Of a stretch of 64,000 bases of DNA, positions 20,105-35,190 are shown piece after piece. This stretch comes from the human T2T-CHM13v2.0 reference genome, Homo sapiens. A program made the position numbers and the translations under genes. The stretch lies in assembly GCF_009914755.1 (NCBI RefSeq), contig NC_060936.1; one strand, given 5' to 3'. Numbering within the stretch: the first letter of the stretch is position 1; each line of letters begins with the position of its first letter. The notes beneath the pieces are model-generated. The model was given only the letters and a program-made list of their open reading frames with translations. It was not told where the DNA came from and ran no database searches.

Positions 20105-20696
20105 TCATGTCTGGGGAGAAGTGAATTGGGCCTTGTGGGTTGGGAAAGACTTATACAGACAGAAGGCATGAGCAACTACAGGAAGGTGCTAGAAGACAGC
20201 ATGTTTCTTCTTGAGTCTCACCTGTCCACACTTGAAAGTTCCAGAGCCTCATCTGGTGAAATCTCCAACTTCTTCCTGGAGGTCTCATGCAGTTTACGGC
20301 TTCCTGTCTCTGTGCCTATAGCTCCCAAATATTTTCTCTGGCTCAGCCTGACTCCCCCATACCTGCCAATTTGAGTCTTGGCCTGGTTTATGACAGGCCC
20401 CCAGGTCGGCGTGGCCCAAACGGAGCCCTTGAGTCACCACCGTGCCCTTCCACAGCTTCCTTTTCCGCCACTGTCTCAGCGAGTAAATACCAGCAGGTTC
20501 GACTTTTGCTATTCCCAGCTCTGCCGCGTTGAACTTTTTTTGTTGCTGTTGAGACAGGGTCTCGCTCTGTTGCCCAGGCTGGAGTGCAGTGCAGTGCAGT
20601 GGCAAGATCATGGCTCCCTCCTAGGCTCAAGCAATTCTCCCACCTCAGCCTCCTGAGTAGCCGGGACTACAGCTGTGGACCACCTTGCCCGGCTAA

Positions 20697-21092
<396 letters not shown>

Positions 21093-21719
21093 TAGTGTCG
21101 AACTCTTGACCTCAGTTGATCTGGCCACCTCAGCCTCCCAAATGCTGGGATTACACGTGTGAGCCACTGCACCCGGCCTGAGGGTCTAAAATGTGCTTAG
21201 TATGACTGAGGACATGATGTTTTAATTTTATTTAATTTTGCTTAAATTTTGAATTGAAACATCCTCATAGCTAGTGGCTGCTGTTGGGCATTGCAGTTCT
21301 AGGCTCTGCTGAAGCATCATGGTCAGGGAGGCCCATCTTGGCCCCGTGGACACTTTCCGCCTGCGCCCCGATAGCCGCTGTCCTCTTTCCTAGCCTGGCG
21401 TTCTCCGTAACCACAGTTGCGTTTGGGGTAGTCTGTCTCCTGCTGTTCACTGTCTGCCTCTCATTAGAGAAGAAGATGCACAGGGCTTTGCTTGTCTGTT
21501 TTGCTCTCCAGCGCATCACTCAGAACAGACCTGGCACTAGCTTTGTGGGAGGGAGAGTGGCGGTATGCTCAGAGAGGCCTCCCCAGGGCTGTGCCAAGGG
21601 CCTTGTCTTCTCTCCATGCTCTTCCCAAATAGTCTGACAATTTGGAAATAACATCTTGTCAGAAAAACTCAAACTTGGGAACAGAGGTCTCAAGGACATA
21701 TCTTGTATTTCAACATCAG

Positions 21720-21898
21720 GCGAGAACCACTGTCTCTGATCAACGTGCGGAAGAGGAACGTGGAATCTGGGGAAGAAGAGCTGGCGTCCAAGCTGGACCA
21801 CTACAAAGCCAAGGCCACGCGGCACATCTTCCTCATCAGGCATTCCCAGTACCACGTGGATGGCTCCCTGGAGAAGGACCGCACTCTGACCCCGCTGG
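21720..21898 (+). CDS. PGAM5: PGAM5 exon 2: KEAP1-binding NVESGE motif and catalytic LIRHSQ (His105) motif
   Basis: CATCAG| acceptor, CTGG|GTATGT donor; histidine-phosphatase RH motif. Confidence 0.98.
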
Positions 21899-22149
21899 GT
21901 ATGTGGTGGGTTCAGATCCTCTGTGGACCCTCGTGGTTATGTGGCCAGGTGCATATCCTCTGCTGGCGCCTTGGTTATGTGACTGGGTGCAGGTCCTCCG
22001 CCGACCCCCTTGGTCAGCTTTCTTGAAAGTGCTTGGGGCACTGGGCCTCCTGGGGCCCATGTCCGAGACCATCACCCCTGAATCACACATTATTACCAGT
22101 AACTGTCAGCTGAACTTGGACAGAAGACAAGCTTTTCAAAATGTCCTTA

Positions 22150-23158
<1,009 letters not shown>

Positions 23159-24159
23159 TAGCCAGGATGGTCTCTATCTCCTGACCTTGTGATCCACCCG
23201 CCTCGGCCTCCCAAAGTACTGGGATTACAGGCGTGAGCCACCACACCCAGCCTAATTTTTTTTTTTTTTTGTATTTTTAGTAGAGATGGGGTTTCACCAT
23301 ATTGGCCAGGCTGGTCTCAAACTCCTGACCTCATAATCCGCCCGCCTTGGCCTCCCAAAGTGCTAGGGTGACAGGTGTGAGCCACCGCGCCCGGCCTGGC
23401 CTCTGCCTCTTAATGCCCTGTTGAACAGGCGGGACTGAGCAACAGGATCCCGCCTGTCCCCACTGGCAGATGCTGCATAGACAGCATCCAGGAGGGTCCT
23501 TCCACCTTGTCCTTGTGTCCCTGTGCAGGTGGATCTGTAGAAGAAATGCCTGCCTAGAGAAGGAAGTGCAGGGTGGGCTAAGGTAGAGTTTACATTTTGA
23601 AAAGTTCTTCGAATGGGATAGTGCCTGTTCATGCACATACTAAAAGTTCAGATAGTAAAAATGTGCAGGGCTGTCCTCCACAGACGCCGCCCCCCAGTCC
23701 CCAGAGCTGTCCTGGCTGCTTGTGCACAAAGAAAGTGGAGTGACAGATGCAGGTGTGGCTGCATCCAGTGGCTTCGGCCTTCCTGAGGCGTTTTCACCTG
23801 GATGCAAAAGCTCACAAGAGAAAAGGCATCTGCACTGGTGTCCGGCCCCCACATAGCAGCTTGGGGTGTTTAGGTCCCGCTGTGTTGGCCTCTGCCATGG
23901 CGCGTGGTTGGGGGCCTGTGAGGCTCAGGTTTTGGACACAGTTGAGTGAGGGTGACAAGGGGGGACCCAGAAACCACCCCTGGGCCCCACCAAGCGCCAG
24001 CCACCATCCGGTTTGCTTGCTGCTCCATTGGTGGAATCAGATGCATGTTTTTTCCTGTATGGGGGTGAAGACAGTTGAGTGCCGGCCCCTCTGGCCCAAG
24101 CCTCGGGCGGGCAGGAGCCATCGGCTGAGCTTGCTGAGCTTGCTGCCTGATCAGGGGTC

Positions 24160-24271
24160 GTGTTTGCGGGCGGAGGAGGGGGTGTTTGCGGGCGGAGGAG
24201 GGGGTGTTTGAGGGTGGAGGAGGGCGTGTTTGCGGGCGGAGGAGGGGGTGTTTGAGGGTGGAGGAGGGGGT
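24160..24271. repeat. 22-bp G-rich minisatellite GTGTTTG(C/A)GGG(C/T)GGAGGAGGGG, ~5 copies
   Basis: Tandem copies read directly. Confidence 0.93.
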
Positions 24272-24306
24272 GCAGGTGCGGCACTCAGGTGCCTTTCACC
24301 TTCCAG

Positions 24307-24432
24307 GTCGGGAGCAGGCTGAACTCACTGGGCTCCGCCTGGCAAGCTTGGGGTTGAAGTTTAATAAAATCGTCCATTCGTCTATGACGCGCGCCATAGA
24401 GACCACCGATATCATCAGCCGGCACCTGCCAG
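24307..24432 (+). CDS. PGAM5: PGAM5 exon 3 ([42 protein letters not shown])
   Basis: TTCCAG| acceptor, CCAG|GTGAGT donor, 126 nt. Confidence 0.97.
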
Positions 24433-24577
24433 GTGAGTGCTGCGCGCGGGGCCTCCATGCTTGCAGCAGTGGGCGGCTCGTGGCAGGGCCCCGGCCTGAG
24501 CTCCTGGCCACCGGGAGGTCACAGCATCTCCGCCGGCGGGGCCGCCTCACCCAGCGCTTCGCTGTGCTTCTCTGCAG

Positions 24578-24666
24578 GCGTCTGCAAAGTCAGCACAGAT
24601 CTGCTGCGGGAAGGCGCCCCCATCGAGCCAGACCCGCCCGTGTCTCATTGGAAGCCGGAAGCTGTG
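24578..24666 (+). CDS. PGAM5: PGAM5 exon 4 ([30 protein letters not shown])
   Basis: TCTGCAG| acceptor, GTG|GTAAAA donor, 89 nt. Confidence 0.97.
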
Positions 24667-24854
24667 GTAAAAACCTCCCCGGGGGGCAGCTGTGTCACCC
24701 TCGCCTTCCCTGGGCAAAGCGGCCCTGCTGGGCTCACCATCCACCACGTGCCCGGCCGTCCCACGGGCTTCCCCGGGCGGCGATGGGGTCTGTCCTCCTG
24801 ACACCCGCCCTGCCCGAGCACTTCCGCACTGACGGCTCCTCACTCTGCCCCCAG

Positions 24855-24988
24855 CAGTATTACGAAGACGGAGCCCGGATCGAGGCCGCCTTCCGGAACT
24901 ACATCCACCGCGCAGATGCCAGGCAGGAGGAGGACAGTTACGAGATCTTCATCTGTCACGCCAACGTCATCCGCTACATCGTGTGCAG
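24855..24988 (+). CDS. PGAM5: PGAM5 exon 5 (QYYEDGARIEAAF...FICHANVIRYIVC); NAGNAG acceptor
   Basis: CCCCAG|CAG|TAT acceptor, GCAG|GTAGGC donor; CHANVIR motif. Confidence 0.97.
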
Positions 24989-25227
24989 GTAGGCAGCTGC
25001 TGGGCTGGGCGTGGTCTAAAATAATTTCAGACTTAGAGAAAAGCATGAGGAAGAAGCCGAGCGAGACCCTCCTCCACTGCCGATGCCACCCTAGTCAGGC
25101 CTCACCAGCCCCCCGGGCGTCCACTTCCCGCGAGTCCTAGTCAGTTACGCGGTAGGTGGCGTGTTACTTGGAGCTTCTCATAAGGCTGTTTTGGGCAAGG
25201 GTGGTGCAGACAGGGAGGGACCCCTGT

Positions 25228-25893
25228 GGTGTCCTGGGTGGGGTGCGTGCTGGGTGGGGGGTCCTGAGTGGGGTGCGTGCTGGGTGGGGGTGTCCTGGGT
25301 GGGGTGCGTGCTGGGTGGGGGGTCCTGGGTGGGGGGTCCTGGGTGGGGTGCGTGCTGGGTGGGGGTGTCCTGGGTGGGGTGCATGCTGGGTGGGGGTGTC
25401 CTGGGTGGGGTGCGTGCTGGGTGGGGGTGTCCTGGGTGGGGTGCGTGCTGGGTGGGGGGTCCTGGGTGGGGTGCGTGCTGGGTGGGGGTGTCCTGGGTGG
25501 GGGGTCCTGGGTGGGGTGCGTGCTGGGTGGGGGTGTCCTGGGTGGGGGGTCCTGAGTGGGGTGCGTGCTGGGTGGGGGTGTCCTGGGTGGGGTGCGTGCT
25601 GGGTGGGGGGTCCTGGGTGGGGGGTCCTGGGTGGGGTGCGTGCTGGGTGGGGGTGTCCTGGGTGGGGTGCATGCTGGGTGGGGGTGTCCTGGGTGGGGTG
25701 CGTGCTGGGTGGGGGTGTCCTGGGTGGGGTGCGTGCTGGGTGGGGGGTCCTGGGTGGGGTGCATGCTGGGTGGGGGTGTCCTGGGTGGGGTGCGTGCTGG
25801 GTGGGGGTGTCCTGGGTGGGGTGCGTGCTGGGTGGGGGTGTCCTGGGTGGGGTGCGTGCTGGGTGGGGGGTCCTGGGTACGGTGCATGCTGGG
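25228..25893. repeat. G-rich VNTR, ~30-31 bp unit GTCCTGGGTGGGGTGCGTGCTGGGTGGGGG(T) with shorter ~15-bp half-units, PGAM5 intron 5
   Basis: About 20 tandem units; four G-runs of >=3 per unit. Confidence 0.97.
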
Positions 25894-25994
25894 CGTCCGC
25901 ACTGCCCTGGTTGTTTTCCCTTTGTAATTGAACGTCCTGTTTCCCCTCAAACTCGACCAACCACCTTCTGCCTCCGGCTGGATCCCACTGGCAG

Positions 25995-26043
25995 CATCCC
26001 GCCGCTGTTGTCCGCTGGGGATTTTGTGCTTCTGGGGTCCTGA
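25995..26043 (+). CDS. PGAM5: PGAM5 short-isoform (PGAM5-S) alternative terminal coding segment S-IPPLLSAGDFVLLGS*
   Basis: GGCAG|CATCCC acceptor; 719+49=768 nt gives 255 aa, matching the established PGAM5-S length and 16-aa unique tail. Confidence 0.88.
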
Positions 26044-27325
26044 CCTCTTTCACTTGCTGATCTGTGGGCGCTCCCACCCGTGTGCCAGCGTGACGGCTCG
26101 GGGTGTCCGCTCCCCTCTGGGTCGAGGCCACAGCTGAGTCACGTTGCTGCTCGGGCTGCTCCCTCGGGGGGCCCTTGTCCCTCAACCTGCTCTGGTGCCC
26201 CACTCTCAGCACCACAGAATGATCCGGGTTCAGGTTGCGTTTTCCCTGCCACCACCCTGCAATCAGCCACTTCTTTAAGGAGCTCCAGGGCTGCAGCCAC
26301 GTTAGAGGGCCCCTTGGGGGGCAGGGCCAGCTCTACGGTTACATGCCTGAAACAGTCAGAAGGGTTGGCCAAATCTCACTAAATGCAAATTTGAAACAAA
26401 TTTGCCTCTTCTCTGGATCCATTAGGAAATGTGTGTGTGGGCTCCGCAGCTGAGGGGGCCCTCTTGAGTGTGACGAGTCCTGTGGTGGGAGGACAGGACG
26501 GCACTGGTCAGTGATGCCGTGTGAGGCTGGGCCCTGGTCTCTGCCCGTCTGTCACCTGGGCCTGTCACCAGGGCTGGGGCTGCTGGGAGCACCATGGTCA
26601 AGAGCAGCAGCTCCCAGAAAGTCGAGGATGTACGGGCCGAGATTCTCAAGCTTGGCTCCAGACCAGATAGAGCTTTTCTGGGGGTTGGAGCCTCCGGGTG
26701 GTGTGGCCTCAGGCTAAGTGAGTACCTGTTTGCTGTGAGTCGTTCGTTGCCTCCTGTCTGTGCTTGTGAATGAGCCATATGGGTGGCTTCTATGCTGCCA
26801 CCACCACCTTGTGTGTCCATGACACAGTCACCCCGAGGTGACACAAATGCTAAAAATGCACAGAAATAACCGGGGCGGGAGAGTGGAGCCGACCTGAGTC
26901 CACACAGTGGTGAGGGCCAGGCACGTGCACCTGGACACGAGAATATGGCTGTGCTGTTCCGGCCGGTGCCGCCAGGCAGCCCTGAGGAGGCTCGGGAAGC
27001 AGCGTGAGGGTGGCCATGCGGCCCACTGAGACAGGGCGGTGGGTGGCTCAGAGGCGATGAAGGCAACTCCGAGCTTTTCCGCAAATGCGAATTGTGCCTA
27101 AGAAGTGCATGAAGATGCCACGGCGGGTAGATCCCATCTCCGTTCTTTGCTTTCCCAGAAAGGGACCTGTTGCACTAACTGGCTGCTCCCTGCTTTTATA
27201 TGGGAAAAGCAGAAATTAAACTGTGTTTCCTCGTAAGAAGTCAGCGTTGTTCTGATCTGTGCAAATCTTGAGTTGGGGTTGGGCCCCTGTCCTAAAGAGG
27301 GCAGGTCCCCAAGTGTGATGGCTCC

Positions 27326-27388
27326 ATTCATGTCGATCCCAGTCATCGATTCACGTCGATCCCAGTCATCGATTCACGTCGATCCCAG
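27326..27388. repeat. 23-bp tandem repeat GTCGATCCCAGTCATCGATTCAC, ~2.7 copies
   Basis: Read directly. Confidence 0.85.
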
Positions 27389-27498
27389 CCAGATCTTCCC
27401 CGAGAAGCCCCGACTGAAGACAGGAGCGGCTCGGCTGATGTGTACCCCGGCCCTGAGGCTGCTCTGAGACTTCTGAGGGGCTCAGCCTCTGTTTGTAG

Positions 27499-27861
<363 letters not shown>

Positions 27862-27933
27862 TAGCTCAGCCCGTTTTAAGGACAGAGCCCCCTGGCTCTA
27901 ACGTGCTCTTTCTCTCTCTCTCTCTCTCCCCAG

Positions 27934-28084
27934 AGCACTGCAGTTTCCTCCTGAAGGCTGGCTCCGGCTCTCCCTCAATAATGGCAGCATCACCCACCTG
28001 GTGATCCGACCCAACGGCCGAGTTGCGCTCAGGACCCTCGGGGACACGGGGTTCATGCCTCCCGACAAGATCACTCGATCCTGA
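27934..28084 (+). CDS. PGAM5: PGAM5 long-isoform last coding exon ([50 protein letters not shown])
   Basis: (CT)n tract plus CCCCAG| acceptor; total CDS 870 nt = 289 aa; TGA at 28082-28084. Confidence 0.98.
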
Positions 28085-28563
28085 GGGCTCCGGCCTCTCC
28101 TTCCCTCTGTCCTCCCTGCACAGGCCGCACACACTTAACGTTTTGTTCCCAAGGAGACCGGCGGAAAGTAGAAACCTGCAATGCTGCATCTGGGAACTGA
28201 CTTGTGACCAGGCTGAGAAGGGGAGAGTTGGGATCAGACAGCCTGACTTCTCTGCAGGGTTTTATACCTGACCATGAACCCCCAGGATGGCGTGGGGTTT
28301 AAGGTGAAAGCGTCTCACGCACAAGTCAGGCCTGTTGTGGGGACTTGAAAGAGGCCTGACCCAGACCACCATGTTCGCACCCACAGCTGACCCGTGCTGA
28401 GGGTCCAGGCTCCATTGGCAAAGCCGGTCAGGCACGAGGGCGACTGAGGCACGTGGATGAGGAGGGCACCCAGGTTCTGTTCACAACTCACTTCACTTCA
28501 TACATCCTTTTAATTTCTTAAAACCCTCTTGTCCCTTAAATATTTGTCAATTAAAGATTTTCT

Positions 28564-29802
<1,239 letters not shown>

Positions 29803-29959
29803 AGGGATTAAAATATTCAAACATGTTGTGTGTACCCAGATATGCTGTTAATTTAGGAAAAACAGTACAATTTCTATGAAGTGGTTGTGACTATTTTCTG
29901 TAGTCAATACAGTTGGGATATCTGATCTATTTCTCTGTCTACTTTGGAAATGATTGCAT

Positions 29960-29969
29960 AATAAATAAA
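29960..29969 (+). terminator. PGAM5: PGAM5 polyadenylation signal (overlapping AATAAA x2)
   Basis: AATAAATAAA followed by T-rich and GTTGTGAGTGTGTT downstream elements. Confidence 0.82.
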
Positions 29970-30103
29970 ATTTTACTGTTTTTTTAAAAGGACTAGTTGT
30001 GAGTGTGTTAAAAGCGTGGAACTTCGGCCGGGCGCGGTGGCCACGCCTGTAATCCCAGCACTTCAGGAGGCCCAGGCAGGTGGATCATGAGGTCGGGAGT
30101 TCA

Positions 30104-30423
<320 letters not shown>

Positions 30424-31198
30424 TCAGAGGACTTCCGCCAGTGGCCTGGGCCCTTTCCAAATCCCTGACCAGGACGGCAAGGCTGACCAATGGTTGTGGA
30501 GACAACAGCCACAGCAACCATACACCACTGTCTAGAAATAGTTTGATAAGCCAGGGACGCGCCAACTTCAAAAACAAATACCAGGCACGCTCACGTTTGA
30601 CCTCAGACGGGAGCAAGGCTGGCGAGGAAGCAGTCCGGGATGCTCTAAGTCAGCTACACAGGGCGCCCACGCCACAGCCCCAACGCTGGGCCTCCAGGGA
30701 TGGGGCAGCGCTGCAGGGCTAAGCCTTTGTTCTGCTTAGGGCCCCGGCTCCTCTGTAAAGTGGGAAAGCTTGGAGGTGGGAGCAGCGCCAGCACGCCTGG
30801 CACTGAGGCAATGCTCAGAGCAGGCGCAGGTTTGCTGGGCAGCAAAGCTCATCACAAAGTGGAATGACCACACATCAGCTGGCCCCAATGCCCTGCGCAG
30901 CCCACGGCCACTCCCATCGCTCACGTCATAGACGTGAGTCGCACTCATGTGAAGATCTGGACAGACTACCTGGTCTAAAGGGGGAAGTGGATGGGAGACC
31001 ACGAGCAGTTTTCAATGGATCACAAGAAACCAGTGACCCAGAGTCTTCAAATCCTTCTGCAAAAAAACAAACAAAACCCAAAAGGAAAGAAAACCTGATT
31101 ATGCTGCTTAAGTCAAATCTGAAGTCAAGGATTTTGAAAAGTTAAGCCACAAACTCAGTGTGTGACTAATTCTTTAAGAGCGTACAGCAATGATAACC

Positions 31199-31312
31199 AA
31201 GTCTACAGCCCTTGGTATTCCCAGGCAGCCTCCACTCCAAGTCCTAACCAGGCCCTGCTTATCTGCCAAGATCAGAGAGACTGGGTGTGCTCGGGGTAGT
31301 ATGCCCATAGAT
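31199..31312 (-). pseudogene. 5S rRNA pseudogene, near full length and diverged
   Basis: Reverse complement aligns along the whole 5S rRNA (TCTATGGGCATACTACCCCGAGCACACCCAGTCTC.CTGATCTTGGCAGATAAGCAGGGCCTGGTTAGGACTTGGAGTGGAGGCTGCCTGGGAATACCAAGGGCTGTAGACTT) with CpG decay and a ~6-nt deletion. Confidence 0.93.
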
Positions 31313-34300
31313 GATTACCTAAGTTTCTTGAATATGAAACTTTAAATAATTTTTAGTTTCTTTTTCTAGAGTAAATTCCCAGCAAACTTTTTTTTTGAGA
31401 CATACTCTGGCTCTGTCACCTGGGTTGGAGTGCGGTGCCACAGTCTCGGCTCACTACAACCTCCGCTTTCCAGGCTCAAGCGATTCTCATGTCTCAGCCT
31501 CCCAAGTGGCTCGTTCTACAGGTGTGCGTCACTGCACCTGGCTCATTTTTGCATTTGTGGTAGAGATGGGTTTCACTATGCTGGCTAGACTGGTCTCGAG
31601 CTCCTGGCCTCAAGTGATCCGCCCACCTCGGCATCCCAAAGCACATGAGCCACTGTGCCTGGTAGACTTCCCTTCTAAAATACCTGCTGTTCAAAGTGGT
31701 TCTTCCTTAAATGGCCTTTTCCAGTCTTCTGCATGTGGGACGGACGTAGATTAGCAAAGTGAGGATGGCTCCCAGTTTGGCTGGTAGCTGGTGGGGGTCT
31801 AATTTCTGAATGCTGGACTCAGGGCAGGTATGGCGGGGGAGAAGGCAGGGAGGGGCAGGCAGGAGACTGGGGAGTGGGGAGCTGACCCATACCAGGGCAG
31901 CCCCCAGGGATCTTCAGTGTGCATGTTGTGAACGCCTGCGTGGAGGGAGCCGCATGAGGGGAAGGCTGAGGGTGTCTGGACTGGGTGAGTTACAGGGGCC
32001 CAGCGACGTCAACGATGGAAACCGTCCCCTGGTTTGGGACAGACTGAAGACTTCTCACATGTTAGTAACGATAGCCTCTGTCTGGCCAAAGTGAAAACTG
32101 CACACCAGAAGCCTCAATGAGACTGGTGGGAAAGGCAATGCCACCAGATGGCGGCCAGCTGCCAGGGGCCGCCATGCCGACGTTTATCCCAAAGCCTTTT
32201 CTAAGGAGGGAGCACGGGCGGGAATCTGCAGCTGGAGCAGTCACAGGGTTTCCAACCACGACAAACACGCCTGCACCCCGCACGCACAGCCGGGCCCCAA
32301 TGAGGGTTTCCATCAGCCCTTCCCTGGGAAAACTCTGCAGGCTTCTGGAAACATCCACACGGCTCTGGAGGACCTGGCTGTGGTCCCTGCCATGGCGCCG
32401 CTGGCACTCCCACGGCTGGTACGCAGCACCATGGCTGCTTTTACCCAGAAACGAGCAGCAGACTCACCGGGCGCCTCCCTCACAGCTGCCACCACGCTGG
32501 AGAAGGGCACTTTCCAACCAAAGCCACCACAGCAACTGTTAATGTCACCAAGGTTTCCCACTGCCAAGAGCAACGGTAAAATCTGTGCTCTTTTAACGGA
32601 TGCCAGAAAATCTTTCACAACTGAGTCAAGAAAGGGGCTTAAAAACAGCGAGCGAATCTGAGGGCACCCAGGTTGATGGCCGTCCAACCAAAACAGTGCC
32701 GTGCGCCTGGGCACAAGTGAGGGATCCTTCCGAAAGCTTGCAATTATTACCACGCGGTTTTGAAGTAATTCATTTCATTAAGTGTTTTGTGAAGGACATA
32801 ACCCCCCGGGACACACGAGAATGCCTCCGTTGGGACTGGAATCGCTGCCCACAAACAAACGGAGAAACAGTCAAAGGTGGCCTAAGACCTGGGAAATCAG
32901 GAGCAGTGGTCCACATACAAAATCAGGGCCAAAACGTTTTACTTTCCATTTGAATTTACAACCATATACAGACAATATGGTAAGATTTTAGAGAAAACAG
33001 ATCATCACTACGAATATCCATATTCTGATTTCTTTTGAGAACCAAGGTGCCTTTTAAAATGCGGCTTTTTAGAATAGCATGTGTTGTTTCTGTCTGGGAT
33101 CTAGATCTTGTCTGCTACAAAACAAATGAACACACCCTGTGTAACAAAATCGAATTTTAACATTTAAATCTTGATTCCAATATTCCTGACCTATCTCTTG
33201 TCATATGAAAGAAAGAAGCCTTTTTTTAAAACAAAGTTTCAATTCAGAATTTTTACAAACAAAAACAATCCTGCGTCTACTTAATATCCCTGTATATCCT
33301 CAAAAAGCAAGTTCAGGAAATTTAAAAATGATTTATAAAAGGCACTGAAGTTAGCAAAAGCATTGGTGGGTTTTCATTTTGGATTAAACACTGGAAATGT
33401 TCACAGAGAAACAACTGTGTGAGCAGTTGCCCGTAACACCCAGGAAGAAACCGACCTCCAGGCAGCACCTCCTGAACACCTCAGCGGCTCCTCACACATT
33501 CCAACCACAGACCTTCATTCAAGTCAAGGTGAAGGCTACAGTCAGCACGGCAAGAAACCAAGATGGGACTCAAACCTCTAAATGCAACACTCTGCATACA
33601 GGAGATCCCAACTGAAATGAGTTCCAAAATAACGGATACCTTTATCGTATAATCATTTATGCTCAACAAAGCCTCAGGATAAATTTGAAAACAGAACAAT
33701 GTATAGACTGTATTACTGCTGCACTGGCTCCTGAATGAAGCAGGCGGTGAAGGCTCACGTGCTGAGGAAACAGGGAACACCTTGGCGCCGCTGCTGAGCT
33801 CTGTGTTGCTCCTGGTATCACTCCCACGGGCTGCAAGACTTCCCAAGAGAAAAGCTACTTTCATCTTCTGATCAGTAATTTAAATATTCCGAACAACCCA
33901 AATCACAATGGTTGCTGCAAGTCTGAGGCGCGCTCCTGGCTCCCTGATCCCTGCCGTCCACCTCCCTCTGTCTGAACCATGAGACCCACGGGCGAACCAA
34001 CAGGCACTCTGCCACCATCAGATGCCACCCCCCAACCCAGGAAAAGACAGGGCGGCAAATAGTTCATCTTGGTGAGTGCAGGTTATCAAAGGGACATCGG
34101 TGCTCACGCCTCCGCCAAGCCCCTCCTCATCCACAGCGTCTGTCGGATGAGGTGAGTACAGGGTAAGTACAGGGCTGCCTGCCTGCAACTGCCTCAGCGC
34201 CCTTTCCTCTGCTATATTTCAGACCTAGAAATTGCCACCTAAAAAGTCTACCATTACCACATGGATATTTTCCAGAAAATTGGTAACTGAGTTTGCTTTC

Positions 34301-34496
34301 ATTAACTTCTAACTTCTTCCAAAATATCAGAAATCTAAGTGTTATATAGAACATTTAAATCTTCTAAAATTCTCACACCCTCAAAGTGAGGAGTAATAAT
34401 TTAATCAGAATATATTCCTTTTTGACAGTTTAGCAATAAACATATGACCCTTCCTTCTTTAAAAATGAAGAACAAACCGAGAGCCCAGCGCCAAGC

Positions 34497-34721
<225 letters not shown>

Positions 34722-34786
34722 TTAGCAGACGGGCACAGGCCCGGAGATGAACAGCAAAAGTCGGAGAATAATGGCCCCAGACTCAG

Positions 34787-35190
34787 GCACATGCGCCCGG
34801 GCGGAGGAGAGGCATTGCTGAACCCTGGCACCGCGGGCACATGCGCCCGGACGGAGGAGACGCACTGCTGAACCCTGGCACCGTGGGCACACGCGCCCGG
34901 GCGGAGGAGAGGCACTGCTGAACCCTGGCACCGCGGGCACACGCGCCCGGATGGAGGAGATGCACTGCTGAACCCTGGCACCGTGGGCACACGTGCCCGG
35001 GCGGAGGAGAGGCACTGGTGAACCCTGGCACCGCGGGCACACACGCCCGAGTGGAAGAGACGCACTGCTGAACCCTGGCACCGCGGGCACACGCGCCCGG
35101 GCGGAGGAGACACACTGCTGAACCCTGGCACCGTGGGCACATGCGTCTGGGTGGAGGAGAGGCACTGCTGAACCCTGGCACCGCGGGCAC
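34787..35190. repeat. 50-bp CpG-rich VNTR, ~8 copies (GCACACGCGCCCGGGCGGAGGAGAGGCACTGCTGAACCCTGGCACCGCGG), ANKLE2 intron 12
   Basis: Tandem units read directly. Confidence 0.96.

Noticed and set aside
25141-26215. 256-345 aa Gly/Trp/Val- or Pro/His-rich ORFs
   Set aside because: Artefacts of the G-rich VNTR; exon 5 read-through stops immediately (AGG TAG), and only 25995-26043 is supported as coding
33481-33864. 127-aa ATG-initiated ORF on the minus strand
   Set aside because: Lies within the ANKLE2 3'UTR with no recognisable homology
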